Below are positions 17,002 through 27,057 of a stretch of DNA of 64,000 nucleotides, piece by piece; position 1 is the stretch's first letter; the number at the start of each line of letters is the position of its first letter. This stretch comes from Acidobacteriota bacterium. Its GTDB lineage: Bacteria > Acidobacteriota > UBA6911 > JACQSX01. The stretch spans positions 37,038 to 101,037 of the forward strand of contig DASXQR010000221.1 of assembly GCA_036507075.1 (NCBI GenBank), read 5' to 3'. Under the pieces are notes generated by a model. It was not told the DNA's origin. It ran no database searches and was given only the letters and a program-made list of their open reading frames with translations. The position numbers and the translations under genes were made by a program.

Positions 17002-19164
17002 TTACTGCTTGACGAAGACCTGGTCGGTAACGCCGGTGTTGACCTTTATCTCCGTTATGGTGACTTCGGCAAAGGGTTGGCCATTGCGCTTGGCCGTGCG
17101 CTTAAAGGGAAGGCGAACGCCGGAGACTTCACGGTAGTCCGAATAGTTCTCCTCTGCGTCCGCGGGAGCCCCGCCCGCCTTCGAAAGACGCGATTCGCGC
17201 AGCACCATTCCGGTATCGGCATCCAGATAGACCTTGATCGCGTGCTCGTTGGGGGTCTTCACCAATACCACATTGGCGCGGCGGCCATCGACATCGGCCT
17301 GTTCGAGAAATTGTGCCTGATAGCCGGGGGCGTCCAGATGGGTAAGCAGAAAGACGATGTCGGCCGCGATGGCATTCTGGAACTCAACGGCGTCGTCACT
17401 TGAAAGTTCCCTGGTGCCCTGCGGCGTCTTTGCCCAGGCGACTTGTCCATCGTAAACCTGCAACACTTCACCGAAGGGCAAGGCGAGCTTATTTAGGATC
17501 TTGTTCGGGTACTTGATCGTAGTCTCATTCTTAATCGCGAATTCGCCCTGCGGAGTAATCAGCTTGGCATCGGCTTTCAAAACGATGTCCTTTACCGCAT
17601 CCAACGCCTCGCCTCCCGTCGCCTTCCGAGCAGCCTGAAGGAGCGCTTTGCCTTTGGCCGCCGACTCTGCCGTAGCCGCCGCCACGGGCGCCGCCTTGGG
17701 CTCCGGAATGGCGATATCTACCTTTGCCACTTCGCCCAGGCCGAGGCTGCCAAGCGGCGCGTCAAAATCTTTATCTCTCCCGGCCACCAGAAAGGCAAAC
17801 TTTTCCGGGCGTAAGTGCTCCTTTGCAACGCGCAACAGATCGGCCTGCGTCACCTTTTCAACTCGCTGCTTGTATTGCAGCAGAAAATCCTTCGGATAGC
17901 CGAAGTATTCATAGCGCAGAAGACGGCCGATCACTTTGCCGGTGGTGTCAAAGTTGAAAATGAAAGAGTTCAAGATCGAATCTTTCGCGCGCATCAGCTC
18001 TTCATCGCTCACCTGTTCTTTTGAAAGCTTGTCGATTTCAGCGAGCAGGGTCTTGATGAACTTGACGGTCGACTCCGACTTTGTCTGGCCCCCCATAAAG
18101 AAGTAGCCGGGCGCGTCGAAGCCCGCATTCCAGTTGGCAAAGACCGAATATGCCAGGCCTTGTTTGTCCCGGATGTTGACGAAAAACCGCTCTCCCAGCA
18201 CACGGTTAAGTGTGAGCAGCAGGAAATAATCGGGATCGCTCTGCTTGCCCCCCAGGTGGCCGACGGCGACGTTGGATTGGTTGACATTCTCTTTGCTGAT
18301 AAAGAAGACGCGGCCGCCCGGCTGGTAGTTCACCTGTGGCAGCGGCGGCACGTCGAGCCGCGTCCGCTGCCACTTGCCGAAATACGATTCGAGCTTCGCC
18401 CTCATCTCGTCGATCGTAAAATCGCCCCACACTCCGGCGATCACATTGTTGGGATGGTAGTAACGCTTGTGGAACGCTATCAGGTCCTCGCGTGTAATGT
18501 TGTCGATCGTCCGGTACTCTTCGTTGCGGGCATATGGGCTGGTGGGACCGTAGACCAGCTTCTGAAATTCGCGATCCGTGATCTCTTGTATGTCGTCGTT
18601 GCGCCGGGCGATGGCGTCGCGGTGCTGGATCTTCTCCAGCTCGATCTTGTCCTCGCGGAATGCCGGATTCATCAGCACATCGGCCAGAATCCTCAAGCCC
18701 GTATCGAGGTCCTCTTTGAGCACCGACATCGAAGTGGAGCCTGATGTGTTGTCGGCAGAAGTCTCGACGGCCGCAGCGATCCGTTCCAACTCGTCATCAA
18801 GCTGATCGCCTGTCTTGCTTGTTGTGCCGCCGGTGCGCATCACGCTTGCGGCGATCGAAGCGAGACCCCCTTTATCAGCAGGATCCCAGCGGCCTCCGGT
18901 ACGGACTAATGCCGACATATTGATAACGGGAAGCTCGTGGTCCTCGAGCATGTAGACGACCATCCCGTTGGAAAGTTCCACTCGCACCGGTTCGGGAACT
19001 TTCCAGTCCCGCAGCCGCGGGTATTTGAGTTGCTTCGGGTCCGCAGGCGGCTGCGCGGCGCGCCCTGTCGCAGGCCCCTGCGCGGTCTTCTGGGCCAGCG
19101 CTTCAGAAATACTCAGAAGCATCAGTACCAGGAGGATGATTTTTATTGAAATCGATTTCTTCAT
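17002..19164 (-). CDS. M16B peptidase non-catalytic subunit with extra C-terminal (LolA-like?) domain
   Basis: LSNGMVVYMLEDHELP; HxxEH absent (GLASIAAS); IRDKQGLAY R/Y motif; about 230-aa tail ending YSDYREVSGVRLPF. Confidence 0.85.
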   Translation of the reverse strand: MKKSISIKIILLVLMLLSISEALAQKTAQGPATGRAAQPPADPKQLKYPRLRDWKVPEPVRVELSNGMVVYMLEDHELPVINMSALVRTGGRWDPADKGGLASIAASVMRTGGTTSKTGDQLDDELERIAAAVETSADNTSGSTSMSVLKEDLDTGLRILADVLMNPAFREDKIELEKIQHRDAIARRNDDIQEITDREFQKLVYGPTSPYARNEEYRTIDNITREDLIAFHKRYYHPNNVIAGVWGDFTIDEMRAKLESYFGKWQRTRLDVPPLPQVNYQPGGRVFFISKENVNQSNVAVGHLGGKQSDPDYFLLLTLNRVLGERFFVNIRDKQGLAYSVFANWNAGFDAPGYFFMGGQTKSESTVKFIKTLLAEIDKLSKEQVSDEELMRAKDSILNSFIFNFDTTGKVIGRLLRYEYFGYPKDFLLQYKQRVEKVTQADLLRVAKEHLRPEKFAFLVAGRDKDFDAPLGSLGLGEVAKVDIAIPEPKAAPVAAATAESAAKGKALLQAARKATGGEALDAVKDIVLKADAKLITPQGEFAIKNETTIKYPNKILNKLALPFGEVLQVYDGQVAWAKTPQGTRELSSDDAVEFQNAIAADIVFLLTHLDAPGYQAQFLEQADVDGRRANVVLVKTPNEHAIKVYLDADTGMVLRESRLSKAGGAPADAEENYSDYREVSGVRLPFKRTAKRNGQPFAEVTITEIKVNTGVTDQVFVKQ

Positions 19165-20693
19165 CGCTTCTCCTCGTTCTGTTCTGCGCTCTTCTGAACC
19201 GGTTCTAGAACGCCCACAACCCGGTTGTTGCGCGTGAAATACTGGCGTGCCACACGCTGGATGTCAGCGGCCGTCACCGCATTGATTTTGTCAAGCTGGG
19301 TGAAGAGTTGGCGCCAGTTGCCGAGCTTCCCTTCGGCGTTCACCAGTTGGAATGCCAGTCCGGAGTTCGAGTTGAGCTGCCGGATCAGTCCCGCTTTTGC
19401 GCGCGTTTTAACCGCGCGCAGCGTCGGATCGTCGATCGGTTCGTTCTTGAGCCTTTCTATCTCGGCATCGATCGCCTGCTCTACCTCTGCGTTGGTATGT
19501 CCGGGGGCGGTGATTCCGAAAAGCAGGAACATATTTGGGTACTTTTCGCCCGGAAAGTTGTTGAAACCGCCGGCAAAGGACACGATCTTTTTGTCGCGTA
19601 CCAGGCCGCGATAGAGGCGACTGGTGCGCCCCTGGCTGAGAATGTCCTGCATTACGTCGAATACAACATCATCTTTGTCGGAGGCTGCGGGTTTGTGATA
19701 GGCCGCCACGTAGATCGGCTGCGACTGCTCGTAAATGGTGACGCGGCGTTCGCCCACCTGGGGCGGCTCGACCGTGTGGATTGGGTCGGGCTTGGGCACC
19801 TTCGGCAGGCGTCCAAAATAAGTTTCGGCCAGCCGGATTACTTCCTTTGGATCGACATCGCCGACGATCGCGATCACCATGTTGCTGGCAACGTAATGCT
19901 TGCGGAGAAAATCTTCAGCCTCGGTGCGCGACAGTGTTTGCAGATCGCTCATGTGGCCTATGGTGGGTTCCTTGTAAGCATGCGCTTTGAAGCCTATCGA
20001 CAGCACCTCTTCGATCAGCTTGCCGATCGGCTGGCTTTCCGTGCGCATCCGTCTCTCTTCCATCACCACGTCGCGTTCTTTGTAGAAATCGCGCAGCACG
20101 GGACGCAGAAAGCGCTCAGACTCAAGGAGCATCCAAAGTTCCAGTTTGTTCGACGGAAGGCTGTAAAAGTACTGTGTGGAATCGGCCTGCGTGAAAGCGT
20201 TCAGCCCCTGACCGCCGGCCTGGCTTATGGTCTTCCCGAACCTGTCGCTGTCGACATATTTGCTTGCTTCCTCCTGGGCCGACTTGAAAGCCGCTTCCAG
20301 CTCTTTTAACTTATTCGGGTCGGCTTTGTCGCCCTTGAGTCTCTCGGCCCGGTATTTCTCATAGGTTGAATCGAGCCTTTCCAGCGCCGCTTTTTCTTTT
20401 GCGTAATCCTTCGAGCCGATCACCGGTGTACCTTTGAAGGCCATATGTTCGAACATATGTGCCATGCCTGTGATACCGCGAGTCTCATTGACGCTGCCGG
20501 TATCGACATAGGTTTGGAACGAGACTGTAGGAACCTCGTGGCGCTCCAGAATGATCAATTTCAGTCCGTTCTTCAACGTATGCTCGGTCACCCGATCCTG
20601 GATTTTTTTGAAGCCCTCCTGAGCGAGCGCCGGCAGCGCGCACGCCAGCCACAGCGCGACGCAAACCACCGCTGATCGATGATTCTTGGGCAT
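19161..20693 (-). CDS. M16B zinc peptidase, catalytic subunit
   Basis: GMAHMFEHMAFKG (HxxEH), LNAFT, ERDVVMEERR; signal peptide; ATGA-coupled to the next gene. Confidence 0.93.
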   Translation of the reverse strand: MPKNHRSAVVCVALWLACALPALAQEGFKKIQDRVTEHTLKNGLKLIILERHEVPTVSFQTYVDTGSVNETRGITGMAHMFEHMAFKGTPVIGSKDYAKEKAALERLDSTYEKYRAERLKGDKADPNKLKELEAAFKSAQEEASKYVDSDRFGKTISQAGGQGLNAFTQADSTQYFYSLPSNKLELWMLLESERFLRPVLRDFYKERDVVMEERRMRTESQPIGKLIEEVLSIGFKAHAYKEPTIGHMSDLQTLSRTEAEDFLRKHYVASNMVIAIVGDVDPKEVIRLAETYFGRLPKVPKPDPIHTVEPPQVGERRVTIYEQSQPIYVAAYHKPAASDKDDVVFDVMQDILSQGRTSRLYRGLVRDKKIVSFAGGFNNFPGEKYPNMFLLFGITAPGHTNAEVEQAIDAEIERLKNEPIDDPTLRAVKTRAKAGLIRQLNSNSGLAFQLVNAEGKLGNWRQLFTQLDKINAVTAADIQRVARQYFTRNNRVVGVLEPVQKSAEQNEEKR

Positions 20694-20787
20694 AAATTCT
20701 CCTTCGTATAAGCTGGGTTTCTACAGACCGAACACTGTGGACTAAATTCTTATGTTTGGCAAGTGACCGCTTTGCCGCGGACCACTG

Positions 20788-21024
20788 GCACAGGATGGCA
20801 ACTTCTTTTATTTTTGCAAAGTTTTTCAAAGCCGTCCAAGTCCACGAGCACGTGCACGTCAAGGTCCACGATTACGTTTACGAACCCGCTCGGTTCGTCA
20901 CAGACTGAGCAGAACTGAGGGGCTGTCTGTACGTTGTCGTGTTCGTGGACCTGAGACCTGGTCGTTGACGTGCACGTGCTCGTGAACGTGGACGGCTTTT
21001 TGGTTGCGCCTGCGGCCGGGCTGT
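20788..21024. mobile_element. Wrapper element copy 3 carrying a hexamer-period inverted-repeat cargo (20828-20999)
   Basis: Left GGCAACTTCT..T-run..GCAA motif; cargo AAAGCCGTC...GACGGCTTT; ends GCCGGGCTGT before GCCTTTGTGGTG; cargo homologous to 29702-29867. Confidence 0.72.
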
Positions 21025-21061
21025 GCCTTTGTGGTGAAGTCTTTCTGATAGAGAATACGGT

Positions 21062-22654
21062 ATGAAGATTCGATCCCTCAGCCTGTGCCTGCTGTTCATT
21101 TGCGCGGCATTATTCGGTCAGACCGGCCCGCCCGAATACGACATTCTGATCCGCAACGGCCGCATTCTGGATGGCGCCGGAAATCCCTGGTTCCGCGGCG
21201 ACGTCGGGATCCGGGCAGGGATCATCGAGGCGGTCGGCCTGTTGGACCGCGCCGCAGCACGCCGCACCATCGATGCCGCCGGCCATGTTGTCGCCCCGGG
21301 TTTCATTGACATTCACACCCACGCGCGGCGCGCCATCCTGGAGGTGCCCACCGCTGAAAACTATATGCGGCAGGGAGTGACAACCTTGATCGAGGGCAAC
21401 GATGGCAGTTCACCCCTGCCCTTGAAGCCCTTCCTTGACAGGCTTCGCGAAAAGGAAATCTCGCTCAACTTCGGCCTGTTCGTGGGGCAGGGTACGGTTC
21501 GCGAACGCGTCATGGGGTCTGTCAATCGCGCTGCGACGGCCGAAGAGCTGCAAAAGATGAAAGATCTGGTTCGCGCGGCCATGGAAGATGGGGCTTTGGG
21601 CCTGAGCACGGGCTTGTTTTACGTCCCGGGGAATTTCACGCCGACGGAAGAGGTTGTCGAGCTGGCGCGAGTGGCTGGATGCCTGGGTGGTATTTATATC
21701 TCGCACATGCGCGATGAAACGGCAGGAGTGTTGGAGAGCGTTGCCGAGACGATTGCCATCGGGGAACGCGGTGGGCTGCCGGCTCAGATCACGCATCACA
21801 AAATCATCGGCCCCAAGAACTGGGGCCGCAGCGTGGAGACACTGCGGCTGATTGAAAACGCCCGCGCGCGCGGAGTCGACGTCACCCTCGATCAGTATCC
21901 TTATACTGCCTCCAGCACGGGCATCGCGTCTCTGCTGCCTCAATGGGCGCAGGAGGGCGGTCGCGATCAGATCCTGAAGAGACTTTCCGACCCGGCAACG
22001 CGCGCGCGAATCAAAGCCGTCGTCGAGGAAAACATACGTGACAACCGGGGCGGAGGAAACCCGGAAAACATCGTCATCTCTCGATGCGAATGGGACACCA
22101 GCCTGGAGGGAAAGAGCCTGGCGCGAATTACACGGGAGCGCGGCCGCGCCCCAAGTATTCCCAATGCGGCGGAAACGGCAATGGATATCGTTACGCACGG
22201 TTCTGCCCAGGGGGTATTCCATGCCATAGATGAACGCGATGTGGAACGGATCTTGAAGTACCCGATGACCATGGTCGCTTCCGACGGCGAGGTGACAGTT
22301 CCCAGGCGCGGCGCCCCGCATCCGAGAAGTTATGGAACGTTTACCCGGGTGCTTGGCGTGTACGTGAGAGAGAAACATACGCTGGCCCTGGAAGATGCAA
22401 TTCGAAAAATGTCCTCGCTTCCTGCGCAGCGGATCGGTCTCAATGGTCGTGGCCTGCTGCGGCCGCGTATGAGAGCCGACATTGTCATCTTTGATCCCGA
22501 ACGAGTGCGCGATCGCGCTACTTTTGCCAGCCCGCATCAGTACGCCGACGGCTTCACCTACGTACTGGTCAATGGCGCACTGGTGCTCGACGACGGCAAA
22601 GTCACGGCTGCGCGGCCAGGGCAGATTCTGCTCGGGCCGGCGGCGCGCCGATAG
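21062..22654 (+). CDS. N-acyl-D-amino-acid deacylase (D-aminoacylase family)
   Basis: PGFIDIHTH, YISHMRDE, DQYPYTASST, MVASDG, PHPRSYGTF; signal peptide. Confidence 0.92.
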   Translation: MKIRSLSLCLLFICAALFGQTGPPEYDILIRNGRILDGAGNPWFRGDVGIRAGIIEAVGLLDRAAARRTIDAAGHVVAPGFIDIHTHARRAILEVPTAENYMRQGVTTLIEGNDGSSPLPLKPFLDRLREKEISLNFGLFVGQGTVRERVMGSVNRAATAEELQKMKDLVRAAMEDGALGLSTGLFYVPGNFTPTEEVVELARVAGCLGGIYISHMRDETAGVLESVAETIAIGERGGLPAQITHHKIIGPKNWGRSVETLRLIENARARGVDVTLDQYPYTASSTGIASLLPQWAQEGGRDQILKRLSDPATRARIKAVVEENIRDNRGGGNPENIVISRCEWDTSLEGKSLARITRERGRAPSIPNAAETAMDIVTHGSAQGVFHAIDERDVERILKYPMTMVASDGEVTVPRRGAPHPRSYGTFTRVLGVYVREKHTLALEDAIRKMSSLPAQRIGLNGRGLLRPRMRADIVIFDPERVRDRATFASPHQYADGFTYVLVNGALVLDDGKVTAARPGQILLGPAARR

Positions 22655-22952
22655 AATGCGGAATGTTGAATGCGGAATGCGGAATGTTGAATGCGGAATG
22701 GGGAATGGGGAATGGGGAATGGGGAATGGGGAATGCGGAATGTTGAATGCGGAATGCGGAATGGGGAATGGGGAATGGGGAATGCGGAATGCGGGATGCT
22801 GAATATGGGAATGCCATATATATCCAAAGTTTCCTAACTGAGATCAAAATCAATCCCAATTCCGCATTCCGAAATCCGCATTTAAAACAGATTTCACTAT
22901 CGTCCTCTATATCAATCCCCGATTCCGCATTCCGAAATCCGCATTTAAAACA
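22654..22952. repeat. Heptamer array GAATGNN x21 plus two inverted-arm copies
   Basis: 21 units at 22654-22800; ATTCCGCATTCCGAAATCCGCATTTAAAACA twice, ending 22889 and 22952. Confidence 0.95.
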
Positions 22953-22988
22953 TCCCACACTGTATCTCGTGTTAAATTGACAAGGATC

Positions 22989-25172
22989 ATGAGGCGGCGT
23001 AACTGCGTATACTGGTCATCCGTTGGCATACCACTCGGGTTGTGCTTCATTACCTTTTTCTGGGGCGCTCAGGAAGCAACTGTCGTTTCTGCTCAGTCGA
23101 ATCAGTCCGAAAAAACGGCACCGAGTCTTCCCACAAAATCAGTGACACTACCGCCTCCGCTGGCACTGCGGCGTCCTTCGCTTCCGGATGGCAACGGCAC
23201 GCAGTTCGCAAATCCTGTGGATGCCCTTGTCGCGGCCTGCTTTTCAGCGCGCGGGAACTCGTTGCCACAGGTTGTGCCGGATGCCGTCTTTGCGCGCCGG
23301 GCTTACCTGGATCTATGGGGCCTGCTTCCCGCCCCCGAACAACTGGAAGAATTTCTCAGCGATCCGCGGGCCGATAAGCGGGACCGCCTGATTGAACAGT
23401 TACTGTCTCATCAGAAAAACTACGGCGAGCACTGGATTACTTTTTGGAACGACCTGTTGCGCAATGACGAAGGCGTCGTCTATCACGGGACCCGTGAATC
23501 GATTTCCACCTGGCTTCTCAAAGCTCTGGAGTCCAATCTGTCCTACGGCCGGTTCGTGTCGGCCCTGCTCAATCCCATTCATAAGGACGACCCGAAGGGC
23601 TTTCTGGTCGGCGTAAACTGGCGCGGCCTGGTCAATGCCAGCCAAACCCCCGCCATGCAGGCGGCGCAAAACAGCGCTCAGGTCTTTCTCGGCGTGAACC
23701 TGAAGTGCGCCTCCTGCCATGACAGTTTCATCGATGGTTGGAAACTCAAGGACAGTTATGGGATGGCCGGCCTGTTTTCCGAAGATCCGCTCGAGCTGGT
23801 CCGCTGCGATGTAAAACTGGGCCTGCGGGCGGAGCCGAAATTTCTATTTCCCGAGTTGGGTCCAATCAGCGCCGCTACGCCGGCCGAGCGCCGGGCCGAG
23901 GCCGCCCGTTTATTTACCACCCCTGAAAATGGTCGCTTCGCGCGCACGCTGGTGAACCGGATTTGGAAGAAGCTCCTTGGCAGAGGCATGGTGGAGCCGG
24001 TGGACATCATGGATGGTTCTGCCTGGGACCCCGATCTGCTGGACTGGCTGGCGTCGGATTTTGTCGATCACGGCTACGACATCAAGTTTCTCTTGCGCCG
24101 GATTATGACCTCGCAGGCGTATCAGCTTCCGGCCGTTCTTCCAGCTTCCGACAGGGAGACGAGCTACGTTTTCAAAGGCCCGCTTTTGCGGCGCTTAACG
24201 GCAGAACAGTTTCTCGATGCCGTGTCGTCTGTGACCGGCGAATGGCGGACCCTGCGGCCAAAGAAAGCGGAACCGGGAGCTTACAGCCGTGATTGGAGAT
24301 TGAAATCCACCGCATTGACACGCGCGCTCGGAAGGCCGATCCGGGATCAGGTGTTCACCGATCGCAACACCCGGGCGACCACGTTGCAGGCGCTCGAGTT
24401 GATCAACGGTGACGAGCTGGCCTACCTGCTCCACAGAGGCGCCCTTAGGTTGCTCAATGAATTGAAGCCGCCGCCCGCGAATCTTTTCGACAGTGGGCTG
24501 ATGACTTCCGGCAAAGCATCGGTGGATATTGACATTTCAGGTCTGAAGCAATTGTGGCTCCTGATTGAAGATGTCGATTCCTACGATCGCGAGCGCGTGA
24601 CTGCCGGGTGGGCGGAGGCTGAGTTGACGGGTCCGGACGGACGAACCCGGCTGGTCGACCTGAAGACAGATTCCCAGGTTCGGAAACAATCGATGCGGAT
24701 GGTAGTAAAACGCCCGATTGAGACCCGGGAAGACGAAACGAAATACGAGACGACCTATCACGATTATCCCGAAGCTTTGACGGCTCCGGTTCCATCGACG
24801 GTCGTCTATGACATCGCGGGAAAAGGCTACACGCGTTTCCGCGCCGTGGCTGGCGTCGATGAAAGCAGCATGCGCGACGATATAGGTCCCAGGATCCGTT
24901 TTTTTGTCTTTTCCGAACGGCCCGATATGCGACAGCTCATCCGGGTCGCAGGCGATCTTCCCGTCGCGATGAAGGCAGGGAAATTTACGGAGCGCGGTCT
25001 TGTCGCCTATCTCTATCGTGCCATGCTGGGACGCGAGCCTTCTGCCGGCGAACGCGCCATCGCGCGCGATTTTCTCAAGGCGGGGAGCGCGCCGGGCAAA
25101 ATTTCTCCTGAGGGCCTGGAGGATTTGTTGTGGTCTTTGTTCTTGTCACCTGAGTTTCAGTTTATTCGCTGA
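22989..25172 (+). CDS. DUF1549/DUF1553 (PSD1-type) protein with inserted NPCBM-like domain
   Basis: FARRAYLDLWGLLP, FLGVNLKCASCHD, VNRIWKKLLGRG, LLDWLASDF, YTRFRAVAGVD, EDLLWSLFLSPEF. Confidence 0.85.
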   Translation: MRRRNCVYWSSVGIPLGLCFITFFWGAQEATVVSAQSNQSEKTAPSLPTKSVTLPPPLALRRPSLPDGNGTQFANPVDALVAACFSARGNSLPQVVPDAVFARRAYLDLWGLLPAPEQLEEFLSDPRADKRDRLIEQLLSHQKNYGEHWITFWNDLLRNDEGVVYHGTRESISTWLLKALESNLSYGRFVSALLNPIHKDDPKGFLVGVNWRGLVNASQTPAMQAAQNSAQVFLGVNLKCASCHDSFIDGWKLKDSYGMAGLFSEDPLELVRCDVKLGLRAEPKFLFPELGPISAATPAERRAEAARLFTTPENGRFARTLVNRIWKKLLGRGMVEPVDIMDGSAWDPDLLDWLASDFVDHGYDIKFLLRRIMTSQAYQLPAVLPASDRETSYVFKGPLLRRLTAEQFLDAVSSVTGEWRTLRPKKAEPGAYSRDWRLKSTALTRALGRPIRDQVFTDRNTRATTLQALELINGDELAYLLHRGALRLLNELKPPPANLFDSGLMTSGKASVDIDISGLKQLWLLIEDVDSYDRERVTAGWAEAELTGPDGRTRLVDLKTDSQVRKQSMRMVVKRPIETREDETKYETTYHDYPEALTAPVPSTVVYDIAGKGYTRFRAVAGVDESSMRDDIGPRIRFFVFSERPDMRQLIRVAGDLPVAMKAGKFTERGLVAYLYRAMLGREPSAGERAIARDFLKAGSAPGKISPEGLEDLLWSLFLSPEFQFIR

Positions 25173-25188
25173 GACTATGGATGAAGCT

Positions 25189-25342
25189 GTAGCGACGCGG
25201 CATGCCGCGTCATGGACTTTCTACATTTTGGTGGTGGAGAGACGGCCTGAGGCCGCTCTGCTCACTCTCGGAGACGGCCCTCAGGCCGTCTCTCCGCTCC
25301 CAAAAATGTAGAAACTTCAGGGCGCGATTTATCGCGCCCCAC
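25189..25342. repeat. Nested REP stack: GTAG/GTGG-hairpin REPs > 17-bp inverted repeat > GAGACGGCC doublet
   Basis: GTAGCGACGCGGCATGCCGCGTC (25189); TGGACTTTCTACATTTT (25213) with AAAATGTAGAAACTTCA (25303); GGGCGCGATTTATCGCGCCCCAC (25320). Confidence 0.8.
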
Positions 25343-25365
25343 AGAGACGCGATCTATGTGATGCC

Positions 25366-26805
25366 ATGAACTATGAAAACCACTTCGGCGCCGGATTAAC
25401 CCGGCGCGATTTTCTACGCAGTTCGGCAGCCGCCGCTCTGGCCGCGCTTGCGGCGGGAGAAGCACGCCAGTTGTCGGGTCAGGGGAGAACGAAGATTGAG
25501 CCCCGGGCAGATACTCTGATCCTTCTCTGGATGGCCGGCGGAATGGCGCAGACGGAAACATTCGATCCCAAGCGTTACACTCCCTTCCAGACAGGCATGG
25601 AATCGAAGCGAGTGCTGAGCACATTCCCACGCATCGACACGGCCGTCGAGGACATCAAGATTTCGCAGGGTCTTGAGAGCATGGCGCGCGTAATGGATCG
25701 AGCTACCGTTGTCCGAAGCCACCGCGTAGGGGACCTTGGATTCATTTTGCATTCCCGTCACCAATACCACTGGCATACAGGCTACGCGCCGCCGCAGACG
25801 GTGGCCGCTCCCCATATGGGAGCCGTGATTGCCCGCACGCTGGGGGCGAAGAATCCTGATGTCCCCGCTTTCATCGATATCGGGCAGAACATGGAGATTG
25901 GCGCCGAGAGCGATTCGCTGAAGGCTTTTCACACAGCCGGGTTCCTGGGCTCAGAGTACGGCCCTTTCATGATTGCAGACCCGCGCGATGCGGTTGCCGC
26001 CGTTCGCCCGCCCGAACATGTCGGTCCTCGACGCTTTCAGCGCCGCTACGGTCAGTTCCGCAAGCTGGTCGAAAACAGCCCCGTCTTGAAACTGGGCAGC
26101 GACTATCAGCAGGAGTCCCTGCTGCGTTCTCTGGAAAACGCTTATCGCCTGCTGAATTCTCCCGCGGCAAAAGCTTTTGATCTTTCTCTGGAGCCGAGGA
26201 AAACTTACGACGCTTACAACACGGGAAGATTCGGGCTGGGTTGCCTGCTCGCGCGGCGTCTGGCCGAAGCCGGCGCTCGCTTCATCGAAGTGACCTCCGA
26301 GTATGTTCCCTTCCGCTACTGGGACACGCACGAGAACGGCCATGAGAGAACAATCACGCTGAAGAAAATGATTGACGCGCCGGTTGCCCGGCTGATCCTG
26401 GATCTGGAAGAAAGGGGCCTGCTGGATCGCACCCTCGTTGTCCTGGCCAGTGAATTTGGCAGAGACATGATGATCGAGGGCAAACCGGACAACACCGTCA
26501 AGGAGCAGATCAGGCAGCCGGAAATCATGACCGAGCCGAAGCACTACGGAATGCATCGCCATTTCACCGAGGCCTGCAGCGTGGTGATTTTCGGCGGAGG
26601 CTTCAAGAGAGGATTGTTGTACGGCAGAACCGACGATGAGCGACCCTGCAGAGTGGTCGAAAAGCCGGTAAGTATTGAAGACCTTCATGCCACCCTCTAT
26701 CACGCCCTGGGTATCCCGCCCGACCTGGCGTACGAGGTGGAAAAACGCCCCTTCTTTGTCACCAAAGACGGCACTGGCAAACCGATCCGGGAGCTTTTAG
26801 CGTGA
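25366..26805 (+). CDS. DUF1501 family protein, Tat-exported
   Basis: TRRDFL, LWMAGGMAQTETFDPK, GCLLARRL, WDTH, SEFGR. Confidence 0.92.
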   Translation: MNYENHFGAGLTRRDFLRSSAAAALAALAAGEARQLSGQGRTKIEPRADTLILLWMAGGMAQTETFDPKRYTPFQTGMESKRVLSTFPRIDTAVEDIKISQGLESMARVMDRATVVRSHRVGDLGFILHSRHQYHWHTGYAPPQTVAAPHMGAVIARTLGAKNPDVPAFIDIGQNMEIGAESDSLKAFHTAGFLGSEYGPFMIADPRDAVAAVRPPEHVGPRRFQRRYGQFRKLVENSPVLKLGSDYQQESLLRSLENAYRLLNSPAAKAFDLSLEPRKTYDAYNTGRFGLGCLLARRLAEAGARFIEVTSEYVPFRYWDTHENGHERTITLKKMIDAPVARLILDLEERGLLDRTLVVLASEFGRDMMIEGKPDNTVKEQIRQPEIMTEPKHYGMHRHFTEACSVVIFGGGFKRGLLYGRTDDERPCRVVEKPVSIEDLHATLYHALGIPPDLAYEVEKRPFFVTKDGTGKPIRELLA

Positions 26806-26929
26806 CGAAAGTTTGAAAGAAATCACAAATGGCTAGACATCCGAGCCGCGCGCGTAAGCCCGGATTATTCACAAACTGGACAACGAACTGCAACCCCAAG
26901 CATGCCTGCAAGAGCGTGGTGTTTATATC

Positions 26930-27057
26930 TGCCGTCTGCCGATTGGTCATAGTGCTTTCACCGCAGAGTCGCCGAGATCGCTGAGGTCTTGCAGAGTTGC
27001 AGTCCAGCCTCTGCGAAATCTCAGCGTACTCTGCGCCTCTGCGGTGAATGCAATTGT
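26930..27057. mobile_element. About 125-bp nonamer inverted-repeat element, copy A
   Basis: Close reverse-complement match to 36297-36420, including the loop gagttgcagtccagcctc; bracketed by the 19-bp direct repeat AGACATCCGAGCCGCGCGC (26835, 27110). Confidence 0.8.

Noticed and set aside
22482..22980. ORFs with RIPHS/MGNGE/NAEC repeats
   Set aside because: They are translations of the heptamer array in several frames.
23706..23720. CASCH as evidence for a c-type cytochrome
   Set aside because: CxxCHD is a standard DUF1549 motif, and heme binding cannot be inferred from it alone.
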